64,000 nucleotides of DNA from Azolla caroliniana. Taxonomy: Eukaryota > Plantae > Polypodiophyta. Below are positions 1 to 13,465 of this stretch, piece after piece; positions within the stretch are counted from its first letter, which is position 1; every line of letters begins with the position of its first letter. The notes beneath the pieces are model-generated. The model ran no database searches, was not told the origin of the DNA, and worked only from the letters and a program-made list of their open reading frames with translations. The translations under genes and the position numbers were made by a program. The stretch covers positions 17,608,001 to 17,672,000 of the forward strand of contig JBHGNT010000009.1 in assembly GCA_043228905.1 (NCBI GenBank), in the 5' to 3' direction.

Positions 1-366
1 CGTCGAAGTCACCTGAAGCAAACATGACTCTAGGGGCAACCCCAATTTGTGTTTCATTTGACTGAACGAAATTCGGGAGGACCAGTCGGATCCATCCCTC
101 TCATCGCTGCAGTTAACGGAAACAGGATCGGCCTGGAGTATTGCATATAATCCGTGTTGAGAAATTTCGGAAAAATCGAATCATCAAATCCGGGTTCAAC
201 TCGACTAAGTCAGTTGACAGTAGTCACTCCGAACAAGATTCATTGATATTCGTAATCAACACGACTTGTGTCCAACTTCGGCTAGAACGACATCGAGTGA
301 TCCAAGCTGTTGCACTCCATCACAGTTCGTAGCTAAATCCAGACAAAGTCTATTATAGCAACACAG

Positions 367-2776
367 ATGGTTTCAACATCCGGCTCGTTAGAAATGAGTG
401 TAAGGAAGTTCGATGGATCGAACTTGAACTTTTGGAAGGAACAGATGCAGGACTATTTAATAGTGAAGGGGCAAATTGACCCCATTGAGAATGAAGACTT
501 TCGAGAAGGATACTAGTCGCTTGAATGGGAAAAGCTTCACAGAATCGTCCGAGCCACCATTCGGATGCACCTATCGGAGTCTGTGTACTTCACGGTGCAA
601 TCGTGTTCAACTGCCTTCCAACTACGGAAGACACTTTCAGACACTTACGAAAAGAAGGTCGCCGCCACCAAGATATACCTGATTCGGTGCCTTTATAACC
701 TTTAGATGAAAGAGTCCGACTTGGTCCAAGCACACCTGAATGAGTACGAAAGCTTAAGCTCCCAAATTTCGGCCCTGGGGCCAATTATTGAGGATGAACT
801 AAAAGCAATGCTGCTCATGAGTAGTCTCCCTCCCTCGTGGGAAACTTTCCTTACAACCGTGTGCAATGCGTCGACGGCTGTCGTTAAATACTCCTCAGTC
901 ACGAGTGCAATTATGACAGAAGCAATTCAAAGAAAATCGTTTGCTAACGATTCAGTCAACAACGCTTACGTAGTACAAGGTTCGACCGACCGATCGAATA
1001 GTCGTGGAAGAAGTTCTTCACGACAGTCGAATAATCAACGAAGTCGGATCAAGTCCTAGGATAATCCAGTCTGCAACTATTGCAAGAAACCCAGACACAT
1101 CAAAGCCTATTGCCGTGCACTCAAGGCCAAAAACTATAAGGCTCAGCGAGCCGAGCAGAAGAGTGGCCGACACGAGGAGATCAACTACATCGGCTCTTCG
1201 GCTGAAGTATTGACAAACGACCCGAATATACTATCAATTGAGAACTCAGTCCAACCAGAAGTTCTGCTTATGACTGAAGAATCAAGCACGTGGCTCTTAG
1301 ATTCGGGTGCGTCCTTTTATGTGACTCCTCATCGATCCCAATTTCGGCAATACACGACCCGACATTCTGACTCAGTTCGGGTAGGAAATTTGCCACATTG
1401 CGACATAATTGGAATTGGCACGGTAGAGCTCAACCTTGCGGGTGGCTCTACATTAGTACTACACAATGTCCGACATGTACATGAGCTCTCATGACCACTG
1501 ATCTCAATCGAAAAATTGGATGAAGACGGCATCCGTGTTGGCTTCTCATAAAGAGGGTGGACACTCCACAGAGGGAACCTCCTGCTTGCTTGAGGACCGA
1601 AGATACATTCATTGTATCCTTTGCACGTCACACTTAGAGAGGGTGACATGTTTTTGGTTGACATTCCCATGTCATCACTCTAGCATGGACGACTTAGACA
1701 CCTTAGCAAGGGCGGCATCATGCACTTATTTGGAGCCGGATACATCCCCAAACTCTCCTTCTCAGATCATCAATTTTGCGAGCATTGCCAATACGGCAAG
1801 CAGATAGCCATAACACACCCTTCATTTACCCCAAGAGAATAGAGTCCGCTCGATTTGGTCCACTCGGACGTATGTGGTCCTATGCCACATCAATCCCTCG
1901 GTGGCGCTTTGTATTTTGTCAGCTTCATTGACGAATCGACTCGGAAGGTGTGGGCTTATCCGATCTAAACCAAAGATCGTGTCTTCTCGATCTTTTCCGA
2001 TTGGCTTGCCATGGTTGAGAATCAGTCCTGCCGAAAATTGAAAAGCTTTCGGTTCGATAATGGGGGAGAGTTCAAATAAGAGGAATTCGTCAAATTTTGC
2101 CGACAACGCGGCATCAAACGTGAATTTACGGCACCCCACAGTGCAGAGTAGAATTGAATTGCCGAGCGAATGAATCAGACAATTCAAGAAAGGATAGTTT
2201 CCATGCTCCAAAACTTCGGACTGTTAGATGGCTTATGGGCAGAGGTCCTACTTACGGTAGTACACATAATCAATATGTCGCTGAGCAAGCCTCTAGGACT
2301 TTGGATCCCTTAGGAACTATGGACCAACAGTAAGCCGGATTACGACAAGGTGAGGATTTTTAGATGCGAGCCATACGCCCTCATCGGGAAAGATGATCGC
2401 TGCAAACTTGCACCAAGGTCTAGGAAATGTATTTTCCTCGGTTATGGAACAAATGGCAAAATGGGATACCAACTTATGGCTCGGTCGGCTGGCCTGTGCG
2501 TTTCGACAAGCCAAAATCGGCTCGGCTCCAATTGTTTACAATGACAGTCAGGGTGTTGTTGCTCTATCGAAAAATCCGGTTCATCACAATGCCTCCAAGC
2601 ATATCGATGTTCGATATCATTTTGTTCGGGTCTGTGTCATTTTAGGGAAAATTGGCCTTGAGAAGAAGGTACCTACAACCGATAACGTTGCGGATGCAAT
2701 GACCAAGTGTCTCCCGACGGATCGATTTCGATCCCTTCGGCATCGAATGGGCATAATGAGGAATCAATTCGATTAG
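367..2776 (+). pseudogene. Copia gag-pol remnant (gag, PR, INT, C-terminal RNase H)
   Basis: ORF pieces 706-1059, 1210-1494 and 2393-2776 carry Copia motifs, interrupted by stops and frameshifts. Confidence 0.88.
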
Positions 2777-2985
2777 ATCGGACACTCAAGACGTTTCTCG
2801 GGCAATAGACCTGGATAGTTCGAACTTCGGCTTCAGTCTCTTTGAACTCGGCCAATCCGGCCTTCAGCTCTTCAGAGTTCACCGACTCGAACGAACTCTC
2901 AATTGTTCTTAAACCTTGTATCAATCTATACTGTACATTCATTTCAGATTACAAATTTCGGATGTATATGCCCATTACGGGGGAG

Positions 2986-3327
2986 TTTTGAATACTGGTT
3001 TCTAATGGACGTATTCACACTGTCTCCTTTTGAACACACTACACTTAGGCTACTTATGTAAATAGTGAGAAGGGCAGTTGCCCTAAGTTAGTCAGTATAT
3101 AAACTGACTTTGTAACCTAGTTACGTAGTGGTTGCTCAATTTTTGTAAAGAGTTGTAATAAACTTCGTTGACATTATGCCTACCTGTCTCTAACTCGTTG
3201 TTGCGTAGTTGTTGCATCTTGTTTTCGGCTCATGTTGCCATTGATCTCTCTCATTTGTACATAAACTTATGATCTTCAAATAGAGAGGGTCGACTAAGTT
3301 CCGCATTAGATGGCGATGTCTCCAACA
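2986..3327 (+). repeat. 3' LTR of the Copia at 1-3327
   Basis: Follows the PPT; starts TTTTG (degenerate TGTTG), ends CAACA; TATA-like TATATAAA near 3096. Confidence 0.75.
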
Positions 3328-4098
3328 AAGGGTACTATTCTACCAGTAGACCACCAATGCACACAACACGTTCTCCATTGCAAATTTTATCCATAGACCG
3401 ATTGAGCACTCTAATGGTGTTGAACGTTGTAGAGCCTATTTATATCATGAGTTGGGTCGCAACATGTGGAAGAAAATTTCCTTTTGTCAAGAATATATCA
3501 CCTATTTGGATCGGTTCACTGGCCGAGGACGGAATCCAGGTCTGTACAGTGGGAGTGATCTATTCTTACACTAAAGCCAATGCATGTGTTATTAGTTAAG
3601 ACGTTTGTCACCTACTGAGAATATTATACTAACTAATTATCCTTCACCTTCTCTATTAGATTCCACCAAGAAATAAAAACCACTTAAGTATTAAAGTTTT
3701 TGTGGTCTCTCGATTTCTAAACTTGTCTTAATTTCTAAAGTTGATGGCCAAACTAATTATCCTTCACCTTCTCTCTCTCATTCCACCAAGAAATAAGAAC
3801 CACTTACATAATACACTTTTTGTGGTCTCTCAATTTCTAAAGTTGTCTCAAATATTATTTGAGGGAGTAATGTGTTGCCACAACGTGATATGCACACGTC
3901 TGGATAAATGCATTGTGCGAGAATAGAACCTGGGTCTGTACCATGGCAAGGTACTATTATACCACTAGACCACCAATCAATCCAATAGATCACTCTAATG
4001 GTGTTGAACCTTGCATATCCTATTTATATCGTGAGTTAGGTCGCACATTATGCGATGCAGTTTCTTTTCATAAGATATAGTTCACATGTTTGGATCGT

Positions 4099-4169
4099 TT
4101 CATTGGCTAGAGACGGAACCCGGAACTGTATAGTGGGAGGGATCTATTCTTCCACTAAAGCATCAACGT
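4099..4169 (-). pseudogene. tRNA-Gly(CCC)-like pseudogene in satellite
   Basis: Reverse complement has an A-box-like TGCTTTAGTGG, anticodon loop CT-CCC-AC and a degenerate B box. Confidence 0.65.
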
Positions 4170-4455
4170 ATGTGCTATTAATTAAGACGTTGGTCATCTG
4201 GAAGGTATGTATTCTTTCACTAAAGCACCAATGCATGTGCTAGTAGTTAAGACGTTTGTCACCTACTGAGAATATTATGTAACTTTCTGACGGCCAAAGT
4301 AATTATCCTTCACCGTCTCTATCTAATTCCACCAAGAAATAAGAACCACTTACGTAATACACTTTTTTTGGTCTATCAATTTGTAAAGTTGTCGTAAATA
4401 CTATTTGAGGGAATAACCATATTGCGGCAACGTGACATGCACATGTTTGGATTAA

Positions 4456-4526
4456 TGTTTTCACCGAGAATCGAACCTGGGTCTATATTGTGGCAGGGTA
4501 CTATTCTACCACTAGACCACCAATGC
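4456..4526 (-). pseudogene. tRNA-Gly(GCC) pseudogene in satellite
   Basis: GCATTGGTGGTCTAGTGGTAGAATAGTACCCTGCCAC...GGTTCGATTC matches plant tRNA-Gly(GCC); the 3' acceptor strand is mutated. Confidence 0.8.
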
Positions 4527-5320
4527 ATACAATATTTTTTAAATTGCATATTTTATCTATAGAGCGATTGACCACTCTAATGGTGTTAAACATTGCAGAG
4601 CCTATTTATATAGTGAGTTGGATCACCGCTTGTGGGATGCAATTTCTTTTCATGAGATATAGTGCACATGTTTGGATAGGTTCATTGGCCGGGGACGGAA
4701 CCTTGGTTGGTATCGTCAGAGGGATCTATTCTTCCACTAAAACACCAATGCATGTGCTATTAGTTAAGACGTTTCTCACCTACTGAGAATACAATTCTAA
4801 CTTTTTGAAGGCCAAATGAATTATCCTTCACCTTCTCTATCTCATGTCCTATTAGTTAAAACAAAGTTCACATGGCTTATTCAACCAAGAAATAAGATAT
4901 AGTTCACATGTCCTAATAGTTAAAACATTTCTCAGCTACTGAGAATACTATTCTAACTTTGTGATAGCCAAATTACTTATCCTTCACCTTCTCTATCTCA
5001 CCTACTGAGAATACTATTCTAACTTTGTGACAGCCAAATCACTTATCCTTCACCTACCTTCTCTATCTGATTCCACCAAGAAATAAGAACCACTTATGTA
5101 ATCCACTTTTGTGGTCTACCAATTTGTAAAGTTGTACCCTCAAATAATATTTGAGGGTATAATGTGTTGCCCCAATGTGATATGCACATGTTTGGATTAG
5201 TGCGTTGCCATGGAATTGAACCTGGGCCTATACTGTGGCAGTGTACTATTGTACCAATAGACCACCAATGCACACAACATGTTCTTAAGTACAAATTTTA
5301 TCCATAGACCGATTGAGCAT

Positions 5321-5682
5321 TGAAAAAATGAATATACGGAAGGCAAGAAAAAACCAGTTGAGCCGGATAGCAATAGAATACAGGCAGGTTTAATGGAACC
5401 TTGAATCACAGAGTACGCGGGAGAGATAGAGTTAGAGCAGAACACAGAAAAAGTGTATATTCCAAAACACTAAAAACTCTATGTGTATACAATGTGCTCA
5501 GTGAGCACTTTTATACAAGTCCATGAAAGGACTAATAGAAGTACTAACATGTACTTTAATGCTCATACGAGTGACTGACATTGACTCCTAAAAACTTGCC
5601 TACATACTAGGCTAGATTCGTAGGTTTCTAATGGCCTATCGATTCATACTGGTCCAGGTTACGATCTGGCTCTTCGATACTG
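5321..5682 (-). repeat. Partial Copia-type LTR, interrupted at 5683 by a Gypsy element
   Basis: Starts TG right after satellite sequence; 5505-5680 is similar to 12950-13120 (CACTTTTTATACAAGTCC..AAAGGACTAA..GACTGACA). Confidence 0.6.
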
Positions 5683-6511
5683 TGTTGCGCAAGAATTTTC
5701 CTCTCAAAACTCTAGCACAATAAATCTAGAAATACACAAGGCACATCATCATAGGGCACCATAACAACATCATTGAGTTTATGAAAGACCACAGACACAA
5801 AAGGAGATGGCTTGGTATGATAAAGACAATCAATGAAGAAACATGAGAGGGGAAGATATACATCAAGAGTTGATAATATTATATACATATAAATTCTCAC
5901 TACATGAAAGAAGGTTTACAATATTTTATGATAATCATTCACGTACAACAAATAAGAGATTGGAAGTGACAAAGATATGTACCATAATCTATGCGGAAAG
6001 GAGATTGAACATAGAGTATGTATTAACAAGACGGATATAAAAACTCACACTACATCAAGAGATATATTCTAAGGCTATTCTATTCTCAAGGCTTCCACAC
6101 TCATACTTATATACAATAGGGGCTTCATTTTTTGTTCTTGCATGTATCTACGTGTCACACATGTAACACTTCAGCCACTTTCCTTTGCATGTAACCGATA
6201 GATATTCTATTTTGGGTATGATGGCGCTTGATTCTATCCACGATCCCTTCTAGAATGTAGCACGTCGAGCAAGGTTTCCGAAGAATGTTTATTTATTGAA
6301 ATCCAATATTCCCTTGAAATAGTATGACCAAAACATTTACTGCCTATTGGAAAGGTACTCTTTGACTATGACACATTAATTCATCTTGATTCTTCAAATC
6401 TACCTTCGACCAAAGCATCCACCATCATGCCTAAAGTGTCATAACCAGCTTGTATCCATATTTTACTATCTTTTAGCCACTTTGTTGAGCACAAATATTT
6501 ACAACACAACA
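5683..6511 (-). repeat. 3' LTR of the Tat-like element
   Basis: TGTTG at 5683 and CAACA at 6506/6511, next to the polypurine tract on the - strand. Confidence 0.65.
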
Positions 6512-9174
6512 CTTTAGCCTCCTCCAAGTAAAGCTTTGATAAAGTCAAAGCTTTTTCTAGCTAAACACTCGTAAACTACCAATATCCTCTATATAAACCT
6601 TATCCTTGTCTTGAGCAGCAAATACCTAAAAACATTTCACAAATATGTACAATTAAAAGTTTCATTCTTTGTACTTTAAGAAGCCATTGTCACTGAGGAG
6701 ATCATTATGCGTAAATGATATGACTTTAATCTCACCCCATTGATCCTTTCTCTCATTAATGAACCATCCATACTCTTTAGCTCATATGTTCCATTGGTAA
6801 ACCTCTTGCGGATTACATAAGGTCCATCCCATCTATGCTTGATTTTGTTTTGAAAAGTCTTATCCAAGGAACTATTATATACTAAGACCAACACACCACC
6901 CTCCATCAAGTATTTTTTCCTTGCTAGTGCTTGACTTCTTTTATCCCGTCGTTGACACAAGTCTTCATAGAAACGTATTGCCTCATCTCTTTTCCAAAAT
7001 AAATAATGTAGAGCTTCTTTTCATATATCCATTTGAAATTCACTGTGCACTCCTAAACACTCCATCAATTGAATAGAAGGAAACAACACATTTGCAGGCA
7101 TCATTGCATCCTCCCCATATACTAAGTGGAAGGGAGTAAAACTTGTGGAAAGCTTATGTGTCATCATACATGCCCATAGTGCTTTGTTTAACTCTTTATC
7201 CCAACTCCATGGATACAAGTCCACAAGCTTGAACAATAGCTTCTCTATAATCCCATTAAAGGACTCCACCAATACATTACATTGCGGGTGATATGGAGTA
7301 GCTCTTTTATGTGCAATCTCCAAATGAGTTACCAAATCTTTAATAAAATTTCCTCTAAATTCCGGACCATTATTTGTAACTAACTCCAAAGGCACACCGA
7401 ATCTACATACTACTTGTTCAAAAACAAACCTTGCCATTTCTTTGCTTGTTGCAGTACGTGTAGCCCGTACTTCTGGCCATCGTTAAACATATTCTACTGC
7501 TGACATAATGTATACTTTGCCACTACTAGAACTAGGTAATGGCCCAATGATATCTAAACCCCACTTAGAGAATATCTTATAGCTAACAATCCTTCTTGGA
7601 GGTTCATGCATTAATCTTCTTTGTTGATATAATTGACATTCGTGACATGATCTACACCAATGTACCACATCCCTATACATGCTTGGCCATGTTACTTGAG
7701 TTTGCATGATCTTCCTTTTAGTATATTCTATTCCAAAATGGCCTCCACATCCTTCCTCATGACACATAGACAAACACTCTTGAATCTCATCATGCCATAA
7801 TACACGTTTAATCACCCCATCTACATCTTTCGAATAAAGATCCTCATGTATTATCACATACCTTTGTGCATGATGTGTTACTGCAAGCCGCCTATGATAT
7901 GGGAACTCTTTTCTAGCCCTTCTTGTCTTTAAAACATATTCCTCCTCTTCTAGGCTCTCTTGCTCTTTGTATGATGGCATATTTATAGCATGCACTCCCA
8001 CTTCTTGTGCTACTATCTTGCTTGCTAGCTCATGAGCCCTTGCATTCTTATCTCTTGGGATATGCTGAAATTGACACTCCACGAATTGGCATTGCAATTG
8101 CATCACTTGTTGGAGAAGGGGATGAAGAATAGCCTTTTGCACTTTCTACACCCCCCGCACTTGTTTTATAATCAACAATGAATCTCCCTTTACCATCAAA
8201 CTTCTAATTCCTTTTTCCAAGCATACTTGTAATGCATGAATTAAACTAAGATACTCAGCTTCATTGTGACTATTCGTTTCAATACGATCACTTCCACTCC
8301 ATAACTCATGGCATTCTCTATTCACAAAAGCACATCCAATTCTTGCAATCTTTGTTTTTTGCTTAAAAGCACCATCAAAATATAATACCCCTTCAAACTT
8401 TTTCAACATTATTTCAGACTCATTGATTGGTTCGACATGAGCATCTATCTCTTTTACACTTTTTGTTGGCACAAGCTCCTTATCGGTAAGCAAATCCGCT
8501 ATCTTAGACCTAATAGTTTCGTCTTTAATAAAACTTCAAACTCTTGTATAATCATTATCCACTGTTTCATACGTGGGGTATCTCCTGGAAATATTAACAA
8601 ATTGAGGGAGCAAAGTACATGAAGTTAAAACTATTGTGATTCGTCCTAACAAATAAGACTTCCATGTTTTGAGGGAAAACACCAATGCCCATACAAGTTT
8701 TTCTTCTTGTGTCCAAGACTTCTCTACCATTGACATCTTCCTACTAATATAATATATTGGACGCATATATGATTGCTTAATACCTTTTTGCATTAATATT
8801 GCACCTACTGCTTCAACACCCACACTCAAACTAACATAGAATAGTTGATCCCAATTAGGTGGTATTAGGATGGGTAGAGTACTCAATCTATCTTTTACTT
8901 CTTCAAAGGCATTTTGCTCCACTCTTCCCCACCCAAATGGATCTCTCATTGAAGCTCTTTGTAGTGGTTGAATATACTCTACCAACATTTGAAATGAACG
9001 TGAAAGATATTGTACCTTTTGTACAAAGCTCAACAATTGCTTTGTAGACGTTGGAGCTTCCATAAATAGTAAAGATTCTACTTTACTTAGATAAGGGGCA
9101 ATCCTATTAGCACTAACTTCATGCCCAAGTAGAATAATTTTACTATGTGCAATTTTGCACTTATTAGGATTCAA
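5683..9174 (-). mobile_element. Ty3/Gypsy Tat/Ogre-like element, 3' part only (RT end, RH, additional RNase H, INT, 3' LTR)
   Basis: RT/RH at 8536-9174; second RNase H LYFDGA..NEAEY..GDSLLIIKQV at 8146-8493; integrase HHCC and WGLDIIGP; GPY motif at 6676-6960; PPT GGAGGAGG near 6518-6525. Confidence 0.88.
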
Positions 9175-12100
9175 TTGACCTCCATCTCCAACTTTGCCAC
9201 TAACCAGGCCTTGTACCAGTTGACAGAGTCATCAATGTTGTATTTGACCTTGTATACCCACCGACAAGCGATCAACTTCACTCCTTTCGGTACGTCCACC
9301 AAGTCCCACATCCCATTCGCCGTGAGCCCGTGCATCTCTTCCTCCATGGCCTTTTGCCAGTTTGGATTCTTAGCCGCTTCTGTGTAGCTCTCCGGGTCAC
9401 GCTGTCGTGATGTGGTGTGTTTAATGCGAGAAAAAGTGAAAATTTGAGGATACATGCACATTACACAAATACTTGTAAAAATGAAAATAATAATAAACAA
9501 ACCTAGGACATGATGGCATTGAATGCATATTAAGGGTTGCACGTAAGATTTGAACCTTGCACGTTTAAGATAAGAGGCAATTATCATACCACTAAAGCTA
9601 CTACTACATGCTTTAGATTTTGTTTATTTTCTTCTCATATTCAATATTCCATAGGTAGCAAACAGACAAAACCGTGCACACAAAACCATGGTTTTAAGTC
9701 CATGGTTTTGTGCATGTCACAAGCAAAACCGTGTGCACAAAACCATGGTTTTAGCCCATGGTTTTGTGCATGTCACAAGCATGGAGAGACCTATAAAAGC
9801 CTCTCATTGGGCTTGAGTATGGGGGGCTCAATAGGTGATAATCACCATCTTCATCATCATCATCAATATAAAATTCTTTTTATACTTATACTTCTATTGT
9901 TCATCTTCTTTCATCTTTGATACTTCTTATTCTACTTCTTATAATCATCAATCTTTTGATCTTGTCAAGGGTAACATTGTTTCTCGATAACTTGGTAAAC
10001 GTCCTCCCTGGTCAGAGACCTCGGTGGTCCCGTTCGAGCGACACACGCACGCGCATCTTCGCGACAACGCACGGTTTCCACCTTCGCCATGTACGTATAA
10101 TGATGCGCCATATACTCGTTATATCCGCACCGAACTACGAGGTTCTTCTGGTGAGTGGATTGACATAGTTTTTGCTCTGTCGATTTCTTGCCCTCTTAGC
10201 CGTCTCAGACTTCTCTTTCGAAAATCCGTCTTTGTTCTTTCCGGTGTTGTATTCGCTTAGATTCGACTCGTTTCTGCCGGTGTCATTTTACGGCATTTTC
10301 TTCTTCCCCTTCTTTTTGCGTGTGAACCGTCTCCTTAGTTCCTTGCCCGGAGAAAGCACGGTTAAGTCTCCACTACTTGCCGGCTCGTCATCTAGTTGAC
10401 CGATTCAGCTCAACCAGTCCGGATTCGGTCCATTGATTGGGAGTGCAGTCAGACTATTCGGTTCGGATTCCGCTATGCTTCCTTTTGTTCCAGAATCAGT
10501 TGCTTTGTCTACAACAATCGACTCGGGTTCGGTTGATGAGAAGTACCAAGATGCAGGTTTGTCGAAAACGACATCATGGCTAACTCGAACTTGCTTCGAA
10601 CGAGGGTTGTAGCACTTATACCCCTTTCGCTCGTTAGAGTAGCTAACGAGGATGCACTTCTCTGATTTTGCATCTAGTTTCCTCCGCCCTTCATCCAACA
10701 CATGCACATATGCAATGTTGCCGAATACCCGAAGGTGCGCCAAATTCGGCTTTTGGTCGAAATACAATTCATTGTCCCTGAAGCAGATGTATGATTCTAT
10801 ATGTACATGGTAGTCTGAATTGCTTTGGCCTAATAAATCTGGGGCATGCACTTCTCTTCGAGCATTTCCCTTGCCGCATCTACCAACGTTTGATTCCGAC
10901 ATTCGGCCATGCCGTTTTGCTCCGGCATGTATCTGCAGGAGAACTCTCGGCGAATTCTCTTGGTCTGTAGATAACTAGTGAATTGGCCGGAAAAGTACTC
11001 TTTTCCACCATCCGATCTCAAACGCTTAATGTTCCTTCCGGTTTCTCGCTCTACAAGATTCTTTAGATCCCGGAAGTGCAAGAAGACTTCACTCTTCTTT
11101 TTGATCAAATAGATCCAAGTGTGTCGACTAAAATCGTCGATGACAGAGAAGAAATATCGACTCCCATTGATGCTCACGTTTTGTGCCAGTCTCCACACAT
11201 CCGAATGGATGAGGTCGATTCTGGCTCCGATTCTTCTCAATGGGGAACAAAAGTCTATACTGCTTCATGAGTTGGCAAGCTTCACATATTTGGCCTTTCT
11301 GGCCAGTGACCTTCGGCAGTCCAGAAACTACGTGTCTGGATGCATCTCATGAAGCTTTCGGAAGTGGATGTGGTTGATCCGCTTATGCCGATACCCCAGC
11401 TACTACGGGGTGCGCACCTCCCAGATCACAACAATATCTTCTTCTTTTGCTAGGCTTACGGGAAACGCTCTTGGCATAATCGCAATGGACGAACCTAGGT
11501 ACGGTAGTGGCAAGTCTAGGTTGCTTGACCTAAATGATTTGCCTCCAACTGAAAGGTAATCGTTCGGTTATGTTAAGGGGTGAGGATGCGTCAAGCGGGC
11601 AGATGCATGATGAACACTTTTCGGGGATGCATGTAGTAGGAAAAACACAGATTGCGAAATACACCTACCATAAATTAATTGCTCTCTGACTCGACCTTCT
11701 ACCCTTGTGCGATGATGAACATTCTTCCATCCCGGCGCCCTTGTGCGATGATCCAACCTTTCTCCTCCATGAAGCATCCATGGTGATTGAACCGGACTTG
11801 CATACCTTGATCTACGACTTGAGCTACCGACCCCAAGTTCTTGGTGATTGTCGGTACATGCAGAACGTTCCTCATGATTCCCTATTGATCGACATGGCTC
11901 AAAGGGACATCTGTGATGTGCATGATGGAATGTGGGGTGTCGTCTTTGGTTTCGACTACGCCCGACTTCTCAAGCAAGGAGAACCACTCTTTGTGGTTCA
12001 TCATGTCGTTTGAAGCTCCAGAGTCCACACACCAAACTTCTTCCGACTTCGAGTCAAATACTCCCATCGGTTGCCCTTATGCTTCATTACGAAGGCTAGT

Positions 12101-13244
12101 CCTGACCCGGCTCTCTTTGAGCTTCCGGAAAAGTGTGATTGATGACGCCTATCCTTCCGACTCAATCCGGCTTTGTCTGAATTAGCTCTCTTCTTCTAGC
12201 ACTCGCTTTCTCTGTGGCCCTTCCTTGTTGGCCTTCCCTTGCTGGTTTTCGATGCTGCTTTTACTCCCCCGGTTTTCGAAGGGTCTAGAATTGTTGTCGG
12301 CACCATCTTTGTGCCTCCAATTATGCTCTTGTCGGTCGCCTGCATTGCGCGCCAATCCACCTCAACCACCACGACCACGGAGCCTCTCTGCCTCCGTGTA
12401 CAACATCTTGTTGTCGGTGTGCGTGCCACGACGCACTCATGTGGTTCTCCTCTAGTGTTTTGCCTTACGGCTTTGCAAGGAATGCGAATCGGTGTACCAC
12501 TCAAATACGGAGCATGTCCCCCCCAAACCCATTACTATCATAGATATAACCATGACTTCCCGAGAGGTCACCCATCCCATTACTGTTTTGGATCAAGCAC
12601 GCTTAACTTGCAATGCTTGAAGCATCCAGACGACCACAAAACTCATGGCATGTGAGTTGCCAAGGCAAGTAGGAATGTGCTACACATTGATCCCCAACAA
12701 GTGGTTGGCGGTCACCCACAAGTGGATGGTATAGATTGCAAACGTCACATCGGTTACAAGTGTGAACTACGCAACCACCAGAGGCCCTTGTACATACCAC
12801 AGTTCGGAATACTCCTAACTTCGATGCCAGGTTCCCCAAGACAGACTTGCACCATCTCATCCTGCTTAAGGGTCACGTTGATGGAGACAAGTGAGTTGGA
12901 GATGTCTTTTATGCAGGCCGTGTAGTCAGCCATCGACATGTCCTACATAACACTTTTTATACAAGTCCTTAAAAGGACTAACCAAAGTACTGATATATAC
13001 TTCAATGTTCATACAAGCGACTGACACTAACTCCAAGGAATATGCCTACGTATTAGGCTCAGACCGTAGGCCTCCAAGGAGCTACTGGTTCTCACTATTC
13101 CGGAGTACGATCCGGTTCTCTGATCCGACTCTAGGTTTTGGATATTGATCTATACGGATACCTATTCGGTTCTCCGTTCCAGATACCGATCCGGCTCTGA
13201 CTTATTCAGCTGATACAGATCCAGTTGAGCTTGCCCGCTCAATA
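9175..13244 (-). mobile_element. Degenerate Copia element (same broad family as 49663-55073) with internal deletions, filler DNA and a nested solo LTR
   Basis: Gag MADYTACIKDISNSLVSIN; PR WCVDSGASN; INT LIHSDVW..RSDGGKEY; SH3-like KLDAKSEKC; RT start DPESYTEAAK..WVYKVK. LTR remnant at 12950-13244 begins TATTGAG..CAAGCTCAACT on the - strand. Confidence 0.85.
9403..10066 (+). mobile_element. Solo LTR (664 bp) with 4-bp TSD ACGC
   Basis: Termini TGTCGTGA...TCGCGACA; ACGC at 9399-9402 and 10067-10070; removing it restores the Copia frame KVETVR-DPESY; TATA CTATAAAA near 9791. Confidence 0.85.
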
Positions 13245-13339
13245 TGGTGCAATTTCTTTTCATGAGATATAGTTCACATATTTAGATCGGTTCATTTTAG
13301 CTGAAACATGGATCTATTTCTCCACTAAAACACCAATGC
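13245..13339 (-). repeat. tRNA-Gly satellite fragment (partial CCC-type unit)
   Basis: TGCAATTTCTTTTCATGAGATATAGTTCACA...CCACTAAAACACCAATGC matches the satellite consensus. Confidence 0.8.
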
Positions 13340-13465
13340 GGGTTATGAGCATTTTCGTCCGTGGTCCTCTTTGCCCCACGGTTCCTCAAACTCGAGGTAG
13401 ATTTTGAAACCCTAAATCGATTGAAAGGTACATTCTACTTCTTCTACATTTTATTAATAGTAAAT

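Larger units (their letters stand above)
1..3327 (+). mobile_element. Ty1/Copia LTR retrotransposon (Tnt1/Tork-like), internally deleted (RT missing); 5' LTR outside the window
   Basis: Gag KFDGSNLNFWKEQMQDYL and LLMSSLPPSWE; zinc knuckle; protease WLLDSGAS; integrase LVHSDVCGP. The frame then jumps to the RNase H end (DSQGVVALSKNPVHHNASKHIDVRYHF). PPT GGGGGAG at 2979-2985; LTR ends CCAACA at 3327. Confidence 0.9.
3328..5320 (-). repeat. tRNA-Gly-derived tandem satellite, segment 1
   Basis: Alternating GCC-type (3328-3360 half, ~3909-3978, 4456-4526, 5201-5271) and CCC-type (~3515-3583, 4099-4169, 4681-4751) tRNA-like sequences with conserved spacers; some local slippage duplications. Confidence 0.9.

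Noticed and set aside
2941-2963. TTTCAGATTACAAATTTC resembles the short repeats at 28040-28300
   Set aside because: Short AT-rich match with no flanking homology; likely coincidence.
5321-13244. A single intact Copia bounded by the LTR pieces at 5321 and 13244
   Set aside because: No TSD, the LTR pieces are quite divergent and the satellite register is not contiguous; they may be two related elements merged by deletion.
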